From IMG/VR virus record IMGVR_UViG_3300012665_000925, positions 63,624 to 127,623 of that record: a stretch of 64,000 nucleotides of DNA; one strand, written 5' to 3'. Under the pieces are notes generated by a model. The model saw only the letters and a list, made by a program, of their open reading frames with translations, did no database searches and was not told the origin of the DNA. Of the stretch, positions 19,921 to 28,887 are shown piece after piece. This stretch comes from a virus. The first letter of the stretch is position 1. Each line of letters begins with the position of its first letter. The position numbers and the translations under genes are program-made.

Positions 19921-20229
19921 ATGGATTTCTACCACGATGCACCAGATTTCCTCGAAAATGCAGATGCCCCCTGCGCGGAGACCTTCCCTGACATGTTCTT
20001 CGCTGACGAACCTAAACCAGGGGTTCTTTCATACCGCTCAACCTATGAGTTTGAAAACGAAGCAAAAAAGGTTTGTGCTGAGTGCCCTTACCGACTAGCC
20101 TGCCTAAAGTACGCTATGGACCATCAAGAAATCCAGGGCATCTGGGGCGGACTTACTGAAAAAGACCGAACCGCTGTCCGCCGTGGTACCCGCGGAATCA
20201 ATATTACCTACCGCAATAGAAGTCGCTAA
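19921..20229 (+). CDS. whiB: WhiB family transcription factor
   Basis: C...PDMFF...AKKVCAECP....CLKYA...GIWGGLT. Confidence 0.93.
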   Translation: MDFYHDAPDFLENADAPCAETFPDMFFADEPKPGVLSYRSTYEFENEAKKVCAECPYRLACLKYAMDHQEIQGIWGGLTEKDRTAVRRGTRGINITYRNRSR

Positions 20230-20298
20230 ACTGCGGTAAAATAGAAGTAGCTCTTGGGAGAGAGGGTTTAAACACCTACTCACTCTTAGGGAGATTAT

Positions 20299-20559
20299 AT
20301 GGAAATCGCAAAAAAGATATTCAAGCGTACAATCGCTTTGGTTATCCTCAAGGTCAGCGGTGTTCTAGCCGCTGGTTCAATTGCTGGAGTCGAACTCTGG
20401 CAGTCAGCCCTTGTTGCCGCATTCGTTGGTGTCATGGAAGTCGCTGAGTCTCTAGCACGTGCTTACGTTGTAGATGGCGTTCTAGACAACGATGAAATCG
20501 ACATTGCATTCGCTTCTTCAGCTGAGGCTGAAGTTGCTCGTAGCAAAAAACTCAACTAA
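20299..20559 (+). CDS. small membrane protein (holin-like)
   Basis: two hydrophobic helices; followed by terminator hairpin at about 20573-20600. Confidence 0.5.
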   Translation: MEIAKKIFKRTIALVILKVSGVLAAGSIAGVELWQSALVAAFVGVMEVAESLARAYVVDGVLDNDEIDIAFASSAEAEVARSKKLN

Positions 20560-20658
20560 CTAAATACCATCAAGTCCCTCAGAGAAATCTGGGGGATTTG
20601 TTGCGTTAGGGGGTCTTTAGTGCTAGCCTTTACCTACTACTACAAACATTGGAGAGAC

Positions 20659-20895
20659 ATGGATTTTGAAGAATGGCTAAAGTTTGGATTCGACCAGGGT
20701 TGGTGCGGTCCAGCAGTTTGCGAGACTCACGATGGTCTCCCACTAAGTGAAGCTGAAGCTGAAGAGTTTGAAGAGAGCGACCCTTGTATCAACATTGTTC
20801 GCCTCTATGAAGATGCTGAAGTTAAGCAAGCAGTTGAAGAAAGCCACGGCCCTTCTGTTTGGCGTGCATCTAATCGAGGCTACGAAGTAGAGTAA
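20659..20895 (+). CDS. hypothetical phage protein
   Basis: MDFEEWL..GWCGPAVC.THDG; SD GGAGAG. Confidence 0.6.
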   Translation: MDFEEWLKFGFDQGWCGPAVCETHDGLPLSEAEAEEFEESDPCINIVRLYEDAEVKQAVEESHGPSVWRASNRGYEVE

Positions 20896-20919
20896 TCCCA
20901 CTTGGTCTAGAATTACAGC

Positions 20920-21669
20920 ATGACTTATAAGTTAGTTGCTTTTGACCTAGACGGAACTCTTGCGGAGAGTAAGTCCCCTATTTCTGATGAGATGGCCGAG
21001 ACACTAGAAAAACTACTTACCATTGCTCAGGTTTGCGTCATCACTGGCGGTGGTGAGAATCAACTACGCTCTCAGGTGGCAGATAGGCTGACTACATCTA
21101 AAGGTTTACACCTGATGCCAACATGCGGTACTAGATATTTGGTGCGTAATAAGCGTCATTGGGCTGTCCAATACTCTGAGGATATCTCTACTATCGACTC
21201 CCGTAGAATCGCTAGGATTGTTCAAGAGTGTGCTGAGGATTTAGACATCTGGGAGAAAAGACCCTACGGAGATATTATCGAGCGTAGAGGTTCGCAGGTT
21301 ACCTTTTCTGCCCTGGGACAAGAAGCTCCTCTTGATGAGAAGTTAGCCTGGGACCCCGACGGGTCTAAGAAGATTGCCCTACGAGATGCGGTGGCAGAAA
21401 AACTGCCTAGCTTTGAAGTTCGATGCGGCGGTACAACTAGCATCGACATTACCCGCAGCGGAGTGGATAAAGCCTATGGCATTCGCAAACTAAGTATGGT
21501 TACTGGTATCTCTACTGGTGAAATGCTTTTCATCGGTGATAGACTTGACTCCAATGGCAACGACTATCCAGTGATTTTTACTGGGGCTACTTGCATTGAA
21601 GTATCAGGACCAGAGGAAACTCTGGGTGTAATTAAAGACCTAATCAATAACGTTCTTAAGGAGAACTAA
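20920..21669 (+). CDS. HAD-IIB phosphomannomutase-like hydrolase
   Basis: FDLDGTLA, ITGG, ERRGSQVTFSALG, GGTTSIDIT, FIGD...GNDYP. Confidence 0.85.
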   Translation: MTYKLVAFDLDGTLAESKSPISDEMAETLEKLLTIAQVCVITGGGENQLRSQVADRLTTSKGLHLMPTCGTRYLVRNKRHWAVQYSEDISTIDSRRIARIVQECAEDLDIWEKRPYGDIIERRGSQVTFSALGQEAPLDEKLAWDPDGSKKIALRDAVAEKLPSFEVRCGGTTSIDITRSGVDKAYGIRKLSMVTGISTGEMLFIGDRLDSNGNDYPVIFTGATCIEVSGPEETLGVIKDLINNVLKEN

Positions 21670-21803
21670 TGGCAAAAGGTAAAGGTGGCGGTGGACAGAC
21701 TCCGCAGAAAACAACGACTGACCGTAAGAACGGTAAGGCTGAGAAGAAGCGTCCAAAGTTTTTCGATGCAATCAAGCGTCGTCTAGTAACAAAAAAGAAC
21801 TAA
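21669..21803 (+). CDS. small basic protein
   Basis: MAKGKGGGG..., 44 aa, SD AAGGAG. Confidence 0.5.
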   Translation: MAKGKGGGGQTPQKTTTDRKNGKAEKKRPKFFDAIKRRLVTKKN

Positions 21804-21840
21804 TCAGGTATACTGATAGTACAACTAAATAGTGCAACAT

Positions 21841-22142
21841 GGGGATGCCTGGTTTCGACTGGCAGACTTTAACATGGTGAAGCAAGCAGAAACGGCCACG
21901 CATTCTTAAAGTGTGGTAAAGAAATAAATGCTGAATCTCGTTCAACATTCGCTCTAGCCGCGTAATCTTAGGATTCGCCGTTAGGCCCCTGACAAAGCAG
22001 TAGTTCTAGCTGGGCAGTCAGGTTTTAAATAAGTAGAACACGCAATGCCCGCAATACCCGTAGTACCGTGGCTGGTAGAGCCTAAGCTTGTAGAAGAACA
22101 TCTAAACCTGTTAGGACGGGGGTTCGATTCCCCCCATCTCCA
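21841..22142 (+). ncRNA. ssrA: tmRNA
   Basis: 5' GGGGATG pairs with 3' CATCTCC-A (G3:U70); GGTTTCGAC; T-arm GGGGGTTCGATTCCCCC; tag frame 21930-21965 AESRSTFALAA* after ATAAAT. Confidence 0.93.
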
Positions 22143-22152
22143 CGGATTTGGT

Positions 22153-22181
22153 TTGACATCGCGGAGAGGCTTTGTTAGACT
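22153..22181 (+). promoter_or_regulatory. sigmaA-type promoter
   Basis: TTGACA-N17-TAGACT with extended TG. Confidence 0.8.
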
Positions 22182-22187
22182 AATCTA

Positions 22188-22441
22188 CTGACTAGTGGCA
22201 GCAGCAGAAGCTGACCCTTAGTGAAATAGACGCAAGACCGAAGTACGAGAACCCGAACCTGAAGCTCATTGCGAGCGGACGCAGACGAAGTACCGAGAAG
22301 TGAGCCGAAAGACTAGCATTGGAATCAGGAGTCGCGCCCTGGACCTAGTTACTATGAGAAATGATGGTTGGCTACTAACCCGCACGGCGATAAGTAGTAG
22401 ATAAAAACCTGCACCTCTGTTCGTAAGTTCATGTGCAGGTT
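22188..22441 (+). ncRNA. candidate structured ncRNA
   Basis: own promoter, no + strand ORF, GNRA-type loops, closing hairpin AACCTGCAC..GTGCAGGTT. Confidence 0.5.
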
Positions 22442-22446
22442 CTCAT

Positions 22447-22518
22447 TGACCGCTAGCTCAACGGCAGAGCGTCTCCCTGTTAAGGAGGTGGTTCCTGGTT
22501 CGAATCCAGGGCGGTCAG
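22447..22518 (+). tRNA. tRNA-Asn(GTT)
   Basis: acceptor TGACCGC/GCGGTCA; anticodon loop CT-GTT-AA; GGTTCGAATCC. Confidence 0.93.
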
Positions 22519-22532
22519 CAATAAGGAGAGAT

Positions 22533-22874
22533 ATGCCTGTACCTAAGAAGATATTGATAGGAACCCAGTCCTGGGAGATTATCGAGCGTTCTCGTAAAGT
22601 GGATGCTTCTCTCAATGAAGACGACTATGGCTACACTCTGAGCAAAGAGAATCGCATTGTCATTGACGCTGACATTACTGATAGTCGCAAGCGTCAAACC
22701 CTGTTCCATGAAATCATGCACGCTGTCCGCTTTACGCTGGGCGGATACCCTACCCCTAAGAAGACTGACGATGTTGATGTCTGGGAGCACTACTTCATCG
22801 GGATGTATGAAGAGGGTCTACTTTTGACCCTGCAAACCAACCCAGAACTTCTTGAGTTTTTATTAGAGAAATAG
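22533..22874 (+). CDS. HEXXH metallopeptidase-like protein (ImmA/IrrE-like)
   Basis: QTLFHEIMHAV; SD AAGGAG. Confidence 0.7.
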   Translation: MPVPKKILIGTQSWEIIERSRKVDASLNEDDYGYTLSKENRIVIDADITDSRKRQTLFHEIMHAVRFTLGGYPTPKKTDDVDVWEHYFIGMYEEGLLLTLQTNPELLEFLLEK

Positions 22875-22932
22875 ACTTGACATCCTAGGGGTATTGCTGT
22901 AACGTGGGTCTTACCAATAGTAAGGAGCCAAA

Positions 22933-23157
22933 ATGGCAGCGTATCGCAAAGAGCTACAAGAACTCATAAAGACTGCTGAGAAGCAGGGCTGGGTAGTATC
23001 AGCCAACAAGAACAACCACTACAAGTGGACTTCGCCAGGCGGAGCGTTCTTCTTCTCTGCAAGCACCCCCTCTGACTGGAGGGCTCTCAAGTACATCGTC
23101 CAGTACCTACGCAAGTATGGTTTTGAAGAGACTAATGGAAAGAAGAAGACCAAATGA
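22933..23157 (+). CDS. HicA-like protein
   Basis: LIK.AEKQGW.V....NHYKW.SP....STPSD.RA; own TTGACA promoter. Confidence 0.6.
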   Translation: MAAYRKELQELIKTAEKQGWVVSANKNNHYKWTSPGGAFFFSASTPSDWRALKYIVQYLRKYGFEETNGKKKTK

Positions 23158-23647
23158 GAAAAACCCTAATCAATGCCCTGTTATGGGCGATTTGCCTAGC
23201 ACTACTTTTGGTAGGCATCACTAGTGCTAATGGTGGGGTAGAACCTAAGCAGAACTGCTGGGACCAACACCAGACTGAAGAAGAAGCAATCCTGAACTGC
23301 GAGAACCACGATGGCAACTGAGGAAATCATCCTTAGAGTCTTCTTGACCTATCTAGCAATCTTCGGCATCTTCAATCTAGGTGGGTACATGTACCTCAGG
23401 CTATTCGTAGCCAAGAAGCAGAAAACCCCTGTAACTAGGCGTACTAGAGCCTGACGGCGTATAACTTTAAACTTAAAGGTATACAGGAGATTGTCCATTA
23501 TGTTATGTACGAACTTAGTACCTTAGACCTATGCTAGGCTTTATATCGTGAAGAAGAAACCAGGATACCCGTGCATTAAGCACAGGATTAGATTTAGGGG
23601 CAGCTACTGCCCTAAGTGCTACAAAGAACGAAGGGACGCAGAGCGTT

Positions 23648-24088
23648 ATGCGTAGGAGAGTTGTTCTTGTGACTGGTGGGTTTGACCCGCTGCACAGAGG
23701 TCATATTGCTTACTTCAAAGCCGCCCGTGAGTTGGGCGACGCCCTTATTGTTGGAGTGAACTCCGATGAGTGGTTAGACCGCAAAAAGGGTAAACGGTTC
23801 ATGGACCTAGAAGACAGACTCGCTATCGTCGACGCCCTTAAGTCTGTAGATGGTGTAATCACTTTTGATGATGCTGACAACACTGCCATCGAGGCGATTA
23901 AGACTTGTCTAGCGGACTTCCCTGATGCTGTGATTATCTTTGCAAATGGTGGAGACAGAACACTTGACAATATCCCCGAGATGGTGGTAGAGTCAGAAAG
24001 ACTTCACTTCGTCTTTGGCGTAGGTGGAGAAGACAAGAAGAACAGCTCTAGCTGGATTCTTAACCGATATAAGGAGAACAATGGGTGA
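23648..24088 (+). CDS. cytidylyltransferase (TagD/RfaE-like)
   Basis: GGFDPLHRGH (HxGH), VGVNSD, FANGGDR, KKNSSS. Confidence 0.9.
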   Translation: MRRRVVLVTGGFDPLHRGHIAYFKAARELGDALIVGVNSDEWLDRKKGKRFMDLEDRLAIVDALKSVDGVITFDDADNTAIEAIKTCLADFPDAVIIFANGGDRTLDNIPEMVVESERLHFVFGVGGEDKKNSSSWILNRYKENNG

Positions 24089-24380
24089 TGGATGGACATG
24101 TCCAATCTGTAGTTGGGCAACGCGACAAGGCGGAAACGAGAACTGGTACAACTGGTCTGACGACTGCGAGGCGCACCTAAAGAGATGCAAGGAAAAAGAA
24201 GCCAATGGCTCTGAGCAGTGAGTGCGAAACTCATGGGTGGTTTTGGGACCCTGCTGATGATATGGGTTGCCCTGTGTGCCACGGTATTGAACTTGAGCAC
24301 AAACGGTGCGTTGAGGTACTAGAATCATCTGATAGCGCATGTGCTGACTGGGCTATAGCAACTATCGAAAGAGACTAGTA

Positions 24381-24569
24381 ATGAATGAACCAAACGCCAA
24401 AGCATTCGTAGTCGGATTTGAAGCTGGTGAGGCTGCAATGCTTGACCGAGCTATCAAAGTACTAGGTAGCGTCTCTTGGGTTAGCATTGCCAAGACTGAC
24501 GATGAATCTAGGATGGTCAGCACGACAGACCTGATTGCTCTTTTAAAGGAAGAACTCGGCGGAGTCTGA
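24381..24569 (+). CDS. hypothetical protein
   Basis: 62-aa ORF in co-directional run. Confidence 0.5.
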   Translation: MNEPNAKAFVVGFEAGEAAMLDRAIKVLGSVSWVSIAKTDDESRMVSTTDLIALLKEELGGV

Positions 24570-24588
24570 TAAACTAAACTAGAAATAC

Positions 24589-24661
24589 GCCCCCTTAGCT
24601 CAGTTGGTAGAGCGCGATACTTGTAATATCGATGTCATCAGTTCGATTCTGGTAGGGGGCT
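24589..24661 (+). tRNA. tRNA-Thr(TGT)
   Basis: GCCCCCT/AGGGGGC acceptor; CGATA-CTTGTAA-TATCG. Confidence 0.93.
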
Positions 24662-24764
24662 CAATGAAGTAGTGTAGCCTCAACCAACTCGACTACTTCA
24701 TAGCGAGACCCTTTTGGTAGCCAGAGATGTTGGTATCGACTGGGGAGCATCGGGTCTTGCGAAT

Positions 24765-24850
24765 GGAAGCGTGGCCGAGTGGCCGAAGGCGGTAGTCTTG
24801 AAAACTACTGACGTTAATAGCGTCCGCGAGTTCGAATCTCGCCGCTTCCT
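24765..24850 (+). tRNA. tRNA-Ser(TGA)
   Basis: GGAAGCG/CGCTTCC acceptor; GTAGT-CTTGAAA-ACTAC; long variable arm. Confidence 0.92.
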
Positions 24851-25040
24851 CTGTTGACAGAAATCGTCGCCGCAAGTATGGTTAGTGTATGACTAATAAA
24901 GAAAAAGACGCAGAGTACGAACGTATCATCCGTGAGATTAAGTTTGCTAAGCATCAGCAAAAGAAGCGTCTCTATGAGCAAGCAACTAGACAGCGTAGAG
25001 CTGAATTGAAAATCGTCGCTGCCAGTAAGGAACAAAGCAA

Positions 25041-25454
25041 GTGAGCGGATATCAACCAGACTTTGACCACGACCTAGAGCGCGGGAAGGTTGGGGAAAGC
25101 CTGCTTGGGACGTTTCTTGGGGACTTGGCTGACGGGGGTAAGTTTGAAGTAAAGACTGACTACCTTGCTCAGAAGTACGGGAACTTCTACATCGAGTGCC
25201 AACAATTCAACTGGTCGGATGAGTCAGACCTTCGGGACTCGGGAATCAGAACAACTAAGTCTGAGTGGTGGGTATGCGCCAGTCCAAACGGTAGTGGGAT
25301 GCTTGTCATCCGTACTTCGGATTTGAGAGACCTTATTGAGGAAACTAAGCCTCCTCTTGGTAAGCAAGGAGTTACTAACGACTTCACTAATGGGAGTTAT
25401 GGCTACAAAGTCAAAGTAGATGATGTACTTCGTAAACTTAGTATGAAGAGTTAG
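25041..25454 (+). CDS. PD-(D/E)XK-like nuclease-fold phage protein
   Basis: FDHDLERG..GE, FEVKTD, GNFYIE, SGIRTTKSEWW. Confidence 0.55.
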   Translation: MSGYQPDFDHDLERGKVGESLLGTFLGDLADGGKFEVKTDYLAQKYGNFYIECQQFNWSDESDLRDSGIRTTKSEWWVCASPNGSGMLVIRTSDLRDLIEETKPPLGKQGVTNDFTNGSYGYKVKVDDVLRKLSMKS

Positions 25455-25472
25455 TCTGGTAGAATGTTCTTT

Positions 25473-25832
25473 ATGAGTGAGCAGTTCTTTGAGAGACCCT
25501 GGGGTGGGTACATGATTCTGAACGAGAGTTCGGATGGTGGAGTAGTGAAGTTGCTAAAGGTGAAGCCTGGTGCGCAACTGTCGCTGCAAAAGCACGCGTT
25601 GAGGTCCGAGAAGTGGTTTGCTATGACTGATGGGCTGTTGGCTCAGGTAAACGGTGAAACCATTGAGATGTACCAAACCGTTTCCGTCGACGTCCCTATT
25701 GGTGTAATCCACAGACTTATCAATCCAACCGCAGAGGTTGGCTATGTTGTTGAAGTAATCGCTGGTAAGTACGATGAAGAAGACATCGTTCGACTAGAGG
25801 ATGATTATGGTCGGGTGGACGCAAGTGAGTAA
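25473..25832 (+). CDS. cupin, mannose-6-phosphate isomerase type II C-terminal-like
   Basis: ERPWG, LSLQKH..RSE.W, HRLIN, EEDIVRLEDDYGR. Confidence 0.88.
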   Translation: MSEQFFERPWGGYMILNESSDGGVVKLLKVKPGAQLSLQKHALRSEKWFAMTDGLLAQVNGETIEMYQTVSVDVPIGVIHRLINPTAEVGYVVEVIAGKYDEEDIVRLEDDYGRVDASE

Positions 25833-25955
25833 AGAACCCTACTGCCCTGCCTGTGGGTTCAAGATGCTCTACATGTTTGACAATGCCAACGGTTCTGTCT
25901 ACCACTGCCTCGGTTGTGGCGGAGATGAAGTTGTTGCTAAGAAAGAGAAGAAATA

Positions 25956-26189
25956 GTGTCTGAGCTAGAGGATATGAAGATGACCAGAATACTTATCGGT
26001 GAGTTCATTGAGGGATTCAAGCATGGTGAGCAGGCGCTCGCCGAAAAGATTAAAGAGTGGATTGAAGCTAATCGCACCTACATGGAGATTGAAGCTGGGA
26101 TTGGTATCTACAGAGACCACTTCACATCAGAAGATTTGATTAAGTTCATCGATAGCGGAGAGTGGAGTGCTGTTGATGAGAAGTTTTAA
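25956..26189 (+). CDS. hypothetical protein
   Basis: 77-aa ORF in operon. Confidence 0.5.
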   Translation: MSELEDMKMTRILIGEFIEGFKHGEQALAEKIKEWIEANRTYMEIEAGIGIYRDHFTSEDLIKFIDSGEWSAVDEKF

Positions 26190-26334
26190 AGAACCTAACT
26201 ACACTGGCCCCGAATGCAAATGCTGCAAGACTGATATCGAGAAGGTATTAGAGAAGCTGGCTGAAGAACAAAAACGAACTAAGCTCGGCTTTATTCAGTA
26301 CCAGCGAATTGAAGAGTTGCTCAAGGAGCTTTAA

Positions 26335-27042
26335 TTGAAGGTCGGAATTGTTCTTCCTTGGAGAGATACTCCAGAAAGAATTGAAGGTTTTGAGGCAGCC
26401 CTTAGGTGGCACACTGAGATATTCCCTGACTTTACTTTCTATAAGAGTGACAGCGTTGGTGAGAAGTTCAACCCATCTGAAGCACGCAACCGTGGATGCC
26501 TAGAAGCAATCGCTGATGGCTGTGATGTTCTAGTAGTTCTAGATGCTGACACCCTTTTCCATCGCCTAGGGATTATCGAAGCCATTCAGGCTGCAATTAG
26601 AACTGGGTTTGTCTGCTACCCCTACACATATGTAGTTGACCTGTCTCTCGATGAGACTGTTCAGTATCTAAGTGGCAGAATAAATCTAGAGCTGTTTACA
26701 GAAAGAAATGGTGGCCCTGGAACAGGATTAGCTAATCATGTTGGCAGTGGTTGGGTTATGACTAGTGAGACCTTTAAACGGCTAAACGGTTGGGACGAGA
26801 ACTTCAAAGGTTGGGGCTATGAGGACAATGCTTTCCAAGAGGCTCATCTTAAAATGCTCGGCGCACCTATGGTTAGAGCCTTCGGAAGATGCTATAGACT
26901 AAACCATGAGGGACGAGACTTGGGGTCTATTGATGCGAACCGTATCAGGTTTTCATTGTATTCGGCGTCAACAGAAGATAGTATTGAAGAGTTGGTTTCA
27001 ACAAACCTAGTGCATCAGAAAGAAGTACAGAATGAAGATTAA
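26335..27042 (+). CDS. glycosyltransferase (GT2/GT7-like)
   Basis: IVLPWR, ARNRG, DAD, NGWDENFKGWGYED. Confidence 0.85.
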   Translation: MKVGIVLPWRDTPERIEGFEAALRWHTEIFPDFTFYKSDSVGEKFNPSEARNRGCLEAIADGCDVLVVLDADTLFHRLGIIEAIQAAIRTGFVCYPYTYVVDLSLDETVQYLSGRINLELFTERNGGPGTGLANHVGSGWVMTSETFKRLNGWDENFKGWGYEDNAFQEAHLKMLGAPMVRAFGRCYRLNHEGRDLGSIDANRIRFSLYSASTEDSIEELVSTNLVHQKEVQNED

Positions 27043-27730
27043 ATATCGCAGTGACGTGACTGTAGAACTAATCCAGTCAATGGCGTCAGACTCGGCAGTC
27101 GCGATGGCTGCTCGTGTAAGCACTGGCGCATCCAATAGCGTAGACGCCAGTAAGGATGCTGGCCTAATCAACTACCTAATGCGAGACAGACATGGTTCTC
27201 CATTTGAGCACAACGCATTTACCTTTTACATCGAGGCTCCTATCTTTGTGTTCCGCGAGTTCATGCGTCACCGAATCGCTTCTTACAACGAAGAGTCAGG
27301 TCGATACAAGCAGTTAGACCCTGTGTTCTATGTTCCAGACGAGAACCGTAAGCTAATCCAAACTGGTAAGCCAGGCGCTTATGTGTTCGTAGAGGGAAAG
27401 CCAAAGCAACTAAAGACTGTAATCAAGTCAACTCACAAAGCAAACGAGCTAGCCTACGAGCAGTATGAGAAGATGCTAGACGCAGGTATTGCTAGAGAAG
27501 TTGCTCGTGGAGTTCTTCCTGTGAACCTGTACTCATCTATGTATGTGACCATGAACGCTCGTGCCCTGATGAACTTCTTGTCTTTGCGCACTGCTCGCGA
27601 TGGAACGCACTTCCCTAGTTTCCCTCAGCGGGAGATTGAGATGGTTGCTGAGAAGATGGAAGAGTTCTTCGCCGCAGCTATGCCAGTAACTTATGAGACC
27701 TTCAACAAGAATGGAAGAGTCGCCCCCTAA
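27032..27730 (+). CDS. thyX: FAD-dependent thymidylate synthase
   Basis: HGSPFEH, REFMRHRIASYNEESGRY, AREVAR, NARALMNF, PQREI. Confidence 0.96.
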   Translation: MKIKYRSDVTVELIQSMASDSAVAMAARVSTGASNSVDASKDAGLINYLMRDRHGSPFEHNAFTFYIEAPIFVFREFMRHRIASYNEESGRYKQLDPVFYVPDENRKLIQTGKPGAYVFVEGKPKQLKTVIKSTHKANELAYEQYEKMLDAGIAREVARGVLPVNLYSSMYVTMNARALMNFLSLRTARDGTHFPSFPQREIEMVAEKMEEFFAAAMPVTYETFNKNGRVAP

Positions 27731-27758
27731 TGAATAGCTATAAGAAGGATGAAACAAA

Positions 27759-27962
27759 ATGAGTGAAGAATACGATGCAGGTGTAGTCGCTGGTAAAGCA
27801 GCGGAACGCAAGGCAATCATTGAAGCAATCATGGCTAACCCAGGGTTGATTGCTGAGTGCACTTTTGTGAACGATGCTAGCAACACTATTTTCATGCCAG
27901 CAAAGTTTATTGCAAAGCTCGATGGCACTTGGGTCGACCCTGTAGTTCCTGAAGAGGAGTAA
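27759..27962 (+). CDS. hypothetical protein
   Basis: ORF with SD AAGGA. Confidence 0.5.
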   Translation: MSEEYDAGVVAGKAAERKAIIEAIMANPGLIAECTFVNDASNTIFMPAKFIAKLDGTWVDPVVPEEE

Positions 27963-27969
27963 CTTCCTA

Positions 27970-28200
27970 ATGGATAGTTATGGCGTAATCCCAATCGGGG
28001 ACTATCTTTTGTCGGTACCTGGGGGAATCCTCTACACAATCGGTATCTTCCTAAGCCTAACCCTTGCTCGTGGTATCGCAGAGAATAGCCAAGCGGAACA
28101 CTTTAGACTGACTAAGTTCGTTGTGTATGGTCTGCTACTTAGTTTTCTAACAACAGCACTTTGGTTTCAGTTAGGAGTTTGGTTCTATGTCAAAGCGTGA
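27970..28200 (+). CDS. small membrane protein
   Basis: two TM segments. Confidence 0.5.
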   Translation: MDSYGVIPIGDYLLSVPGGILYTIGIFLSLTLARGIAENSQAEHFRLTKFVVYGLLLSFLTTALWFQLGVWFYVKA

Positions 28201-28369
28201 TTTCTTTGGGGCAGTACTTATCTATATGCTGTCTGCTTCAATCGTCATTACGTCAGCGTCCCTATTGTTTAACAACATCTGGGTCTTCTATGTAGGTGAA
28301 CTAGTTGCTATCCCTGTCTCACTTTTGATTGCTGGGGCAACTTTTAATAGCCACACCAAAGATGATTAG
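28187..28369 (+). CDS. small membrane protein
   Basis: two TM segments; SD AGGAG. Confidence 0.5.
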   Translation: MSKRDFFGAVLIYMLSASIVITSASLLFNNIWVFYVGELVAIPVSLLIAGATFNSHTKDD

Positions 28370-28422
28370 GTAGTTTTACTTGAAATACGCTAGACTATTT
28401 AAAACACAGAAGAGAGACAAAG

Positions 28423-28692
28423 ATGCGTGAACGACAGATTCGCAAGTTGCAGAAGAACCGCCACTTAGCTGAGATTGGTTTCACCCTTCTTCAGAACCCT
28501 ACCTTCAAGAACCTAAGCCGTGCAGACCGCTACAAGATGGCAAAGTTAATCTACAAGGCTGAACTGATTGAAGTAGAGATTAAGTCCAAGGACCTAAGCA
28601 AGACTCTCAACGCATTCCAAGACATGATTCAAAACATCACAAGTCAGATGGTCGATGACGATGATGATGATGACGAGAACCCCTTCAAATAA
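28423..28692 (+). CDS. hypothetical protein
   Basis: 89 aa with acidic tail. Confidence 0.55.
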   Translation: MRERQIRKLQKNRHLAEIGFTLLQNPTFKNLSRADRYKMAKLIYKAELIEVEIKSKDLSKTLNAFQDMIQNITSQMVDDDDDDDENPFK

Positions 28693-28727
28693 CATTTGTA
28701 ATTTGCGGGTATAACGCCAGCTCGGAG

Positions 28728-28845
28728 TAGACTAGAACCTTCAAGTGCCCTATAATAAGTAGTGGATAGATAAGTGTTCATATTATTTATTCTCCTTTCT
28801 ACTGGTGGGAAAGCCCTCGGACTTCGGTTCGGGGGTTTTCTTTTA
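28728..28845 (+). ncRNA. candidate antisense sRNA with its own promoter and terminator
   Basis: TAGACT-N17-TATAAT (28728-28756); about 85-nt transcript containing TTCAT...TTCTCCTTTCT; terminator about 28811-28845. Confidence 0.5.
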
Positions 28846-28887
28846 TTTGGACTTGACAAGATTGAAAGATAGCAGTAGATTGTCTAC

